From the NCBI RefSeq assembly GCF_001194135.2, contig NC_068984.1, forward strand, positions 94,539,120-94,580,202: a stretch of 41,083 nucleotides of DNA, written 5' to 3'. This stretch comes from Octopus bimaculoides (Eukaryota). A program made the translations under genes and the position numbers. Shown one piece after another: positions 37,363 to 41,083 of the stretch (position 1 is its first letter; each line of letters opens with the position of its first letter). The notes below the pieces were generated by a model. That model had not been told where the DNA came from. It was given only the letters and a program-made list of their open reading frames with translations, and did no database searches.

Positions 37363-38469
37363 CTAGTCTTGCAGAATAGTAGAGCGACAATTATCTCTGC
37401 CTTCGCCCCACAAGCAGGCTTACCAACAGAAGGACCACTTTAATGATATTTTTCTGCAGTCCACCTCAAAGACAAGTGACAATGATCTCATCTTTGTGGC
37501 TTGGGATTTCAATGGGCATGTCAAACGGCAGCCTGATATCTTCCATGGTGTCCATGAATTGGTCCCTGAAACGAAGTGGGTACAAGGCTACTGGAATTCT
37601 GTGATGCAAATAGCCTATTGATCTGCAACACTAACTTCAGGAAGCTAGCCAGACACCTGATAACCTACCAATTGGGTAACTGTGCTAGCCAGATCAATTA
37701 CATTCTCATTAGACAGCAGGATGCATGGTTGCTCTTAAATACAACGACTCTCCTTGGTGAAGAATGTACCCCCCAGCACAGGCTAGTCATTAGTGATTTT
37801 AGACTCCAGGCCAGAAGGGTGCCAAGAAGCAGACCAGTCTGGAAAAAAGGATTTGGAAGTTTAAAGACCCTTCATATGGTCAGAGATTTAGGGACATGCT
37901 GAGAAATTTGATGAAAGGGAGGAGGAGCTACAGACTTGTGAGGAGAGTCTGCCAAATGTTGGTCCAATTGAGGGAACCAGCTACCCAAATCAACAGTTCC
38001 TTGGTAGATAAAGCAATTTAGGATATGAAGACAGGGAAAGCCCCCAGTCCTTAAGGAATCACTGCTGAGATGCATAAAATATCTGGCGATGTGGGTTATC
38101 AGGTATAAATCAAGTGGGTCACGAAGGAGTCATACCCAATGAATGGTGTAGCAGCACCATAGTCAACTGCTACAAAGGTAAAGGTGATGCCTCAGATAGA
38201 AATAATTACAGACGTATCAAATTGTTGGATCAGGTGATGAAAGTTACAGAGAGAGTTAGCCTAGATGAGCTGCAGTTCAGTTTTGTGCCAGGGAGAAGCA
38301 CCATTGATACTATATTTCTGGTAAGATAGCTGTAGGAGAAATACCTAGCCAAAGATAAACCTCTGTACTTGGCCCTGATCCCTTATCTGGTGGTCAATGC
38401 GGAAACTAGGGATAGATGAGTGGTTGGTGAAAGCTGTACAATGATAATGACAATTTTACAGTGGGGTCC

Positions 38470-39140
38470 TAAGTGCAATATACAAAATGGGCTGAGGAAA
38501 ACATGCAGTTTAATGCTGGAAAATTTCAAGCACTGTGCCATCAGCTCATAAATGCACCACATCCTGCATATACAGAATTCAGAGTCACAGACAATGAGAA
38601 ATATGAAGATCACTATGTGTAATGATGCATCATTTCATATGTATATTACCAAGCTGGCAACATGTGTAGACAATTGGTGGGATGGATACCAAGTTCCTTC
38701 TGGACAAGAGACCAAGAAAGTGTAACAGTGCAGCTGATAAATGGCAGGGAGAGGCCATAAAAACTACAACTTTACTCCCTGGAGTGAAGATGTGAGAGAT
38801 AAGTAATAATCTACATATGGAAAATCCTGGAAGGGCAAGTACCTAACTTTTGCATCAGGTGTTATGCATATGCCTGAACTGAATGCCATTGTGTTGTCCT
38901 AAAAGTACTATCCACACAATCTAAAGTCAAGGCCTGGTACTGCAATAGCTTAGGGTTCAAAAGCTCACACCTTTTTAATGCCAAAAAAATTAAGAAACAA
39001 GCACAATGTGAATGTATTCAGAAAGGAACTGGACATTCTCCTATCTATGATACCAGATGAACCAATGTCTTTGCATGAAGTACAGATGAGAGCAGTGGTA
39101 TCAAACGTCCTCATACACCAAATGAGCCAACAGCAAGAGT
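38470..39140 (+). mobile_element. CR1/L2-like LINE 3' coding fragment embedded in RTE copy 4
   Basis: WAEENMQFNAGKFQAL, LYSLE*RCER, IYIWKILEGQVPN, CNSLGFK..HLFN and KELDILLSMIPDEP motifs. Confidence 0.7.
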
Positions 39141-39287
39141 AAAAAGTACATGCACAAGTGGTGATATGAAATCCTACCACCATGAAGAAGCAGCCAAATA
39201 AGAAAGCTGTGGAGAATGTAGAAAATTGCAGTGATACTCTACCAGGACTGAAACCACATGACAAAAGAAATATATCCTTTATCATTT

Positions 39288-39375
39288 ATCTTTTACTTGT
39301 TTCAGTCATTTGACTGCAGCCCTGCTGGAGCACCACCTTGAAGGATTTTAGTCAAACAAATTGATCCTAGTACTT
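39288..39375 (-). mobile_element. SINE 3' fragment
   Basis: TCTTTTACTTGTTTCAGTCATTTGACTGCAGCC...GGAGCACCACC, as at 11320-11370. Confidence 0.8.
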
Positions 39376-40960
39376 ATCCCTAAAGGGAGATGGCCCTGCT
39401 CCATATGTAGAAAAGGTGGAGGTAGAAATTCTATATTCTGTACCCAGCGCAAGCATTAAGAGATGCAATAGCATCTGAGGAAGGTTAACAAAGAAGTAAT
39501 CTTTGTGCATGCAGATGTCCAGGTACAATAAACATTAAGAATGTACAAGAAACAAACTTCCTCAAATGTCTGGGGATGGCAGAGAGGGGATCTTTAGAAG
39601 TAGTAGACAGCTTCTGTTACTTTGGTGACCAAGTTATCAGTGGAGGAAGATACTCTGAAAACGTAGGTGCTAGAATAAGAACCAGCTAGGCAAAGTTCAG
39701 AAAGCTGTTAACTTTTTTGGTAACAAAAGGCCTCTCTCTCTGAGTGAAAGGCAGATTATATATATATATGATGCCTGTGTATGGACAGATATGCTATATG
39801 GTGAAACATGTCCTGTGTCTGAAGAAGATATGCAAAGGCTTGAAAGAAATGAAGTCAGCATGCTCTGCTGGATGTGCAATGTCAGTTTTGCATGTAACAA
39901 CAGAGCATAAATGTTTTACGAGAAAATTTGTGTATAAGAGCATCTGATTTAGTGTACAAGATAGAAGACTGTGTTCATATGGTCATATGTACAAAGAAAT
40001 GCTGATCTCCAATTGAGGAGGGAACCTGCAGAAAAGGTAGCCCCAGGAGAACGTGGAACAAAGTGATGAGAAATGATCTTGAGATGATGAACCTCAGAGG
40101 AGATGATAAGGGATCGTGATGTCTGGCAGTTTGAGAAAACATGTCAAGCTAAGTAAAATTGTGGTCATATATACAGACATATTCTTTATAGACATGCCCC
40201 CACCCCCACAATCTGTCCACTGTCAAAATGTTTCCACAACTTTTCTTCCCAACACTCCTTTCCACTTCCCTCCTCCCATGATCACCACCTGTTGCAGGTC
40301 TCTCCACTCTTCCTTATGTACCTACATGCACACTCTCCATGCCCTCACATATTTATCATAGCTCCCCACACCACAACACTTTCATTCTGCATACCTTGCT
40401 GCAGTCACCTCTTCCCCATCTCTAAACATCTTCCCTCACACTCTTATGAAACATCCAACTATCTCCTCTGCACCACTTACATTCTTCCCATTGTACCTTA
40501 CAAGTATGTTCCAATGCATCTCCAACACTATTTATTTCTCTCTCTTTCTTTCTCTCTGTCTGTCTCAGTATCTTTTTCTCTAACACTATCTATCCATCCT
40601 TCCTCTCCCTACTGGGGTAACTAAGTATCTCTTTAATAGTAAGTTACCTATCTCTATCCCTCTATTATACTTTAAACTCTCAACTGGCACAAAGTCACCT
40701 CCCTCAATATCATTCAATCTCCCAGTTGAGGGATTTTGATTTGCTAGTTGCTTAGCAACCCTACAATTGCTGGTGCCATGTAAAAAGCACTAGTGCTGGT
40801 GCCACATAAATTGCACTGAATACATTCTATAAAGCATTATGAAGGGCATCCAGCTATAGAAACCATGCCAAAGCAAACAACAGAGCCTGGAGCAATCCCC
40901 TGGCTTGCCAGATCCTGTCAAACCATCTAACCTATGCCACCATGGAAGATGAAATGATGA

Positions 40961-41020
<60 letters not shown>

Positions 41021-41083
41021 TACATACATGTATATACATACATATACATACATATTCATATATATGAGTGCACCTTTGATGCA

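Larger units (their letters stand above)
37360..40960 (+). mobile_element. RTE-clade LINE copy 4, multiply deleted and interrupted
   Basis: EN (ISAFAPQ, WDFNGHV, GTRLLEFCDANSLLICNTNF, PQHRLVISDF); RT to about 38450; resumes at about 39380 (GRWPCSICRKG); C-terminus, 3' UTR and tail at about 40955. Confidence 0.85.

Noticed and set aside
36715-40960. Head-to-head RTE segments joined at about 37360 as a twin-priming inversion
   Set aside because: Both segments include the same C-terminal region and each has its own 3' tail, so they are better explained as two separate insertions.

Overview
AT-rich eukaryotic DNA. The SINE, RTE-LINE and DNA-transposon families present look like those of an octopus (coleoid cephalopod); this assignment rests on recognising the repeats, not on a search. 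The only host coding sequence I can support is two + strand internal exons of a NIMA-related kinase most similar to NEK4: 10299-10565 (YVLKK...MALQ) and 23533-23633 (YLHE...HRDLKTQN...GDLGIAR). Both have canonical AG/GT boundaries and join in frame. The N-terminal exon and the next downstream exon were not found in the window. Everything else is intron filled with nested, mostly decayed mobile DNA. This includes four large RTE-clade LINE copies plus several 3' fragments, a structurally complete but stop-riddled piggyBac (TTAA TSD, 13-bp TIRs), a Ty3/Gypsy LTR element with a 5-bp TSD and a mariner inside its 5' LTR, two more Tc1/mariner relics, a non-autonomous Helitron, CR1- and Tx1-like LINE fragments, many tRNA-type SINEs, microsatellites and two assembly gaps. 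I did not find convincing evidence of a new biological system. The best leads are RNA-structure or regulatory hypotheses: inverted LINE copies converging on the catalytic-loop exon, a SINE nested in opposite orientation inside a copy of its own family, and a tandemly duplicated CpG-dense element near the window start. TE boundaries are approximate unless a TIR or TSD is quoted.
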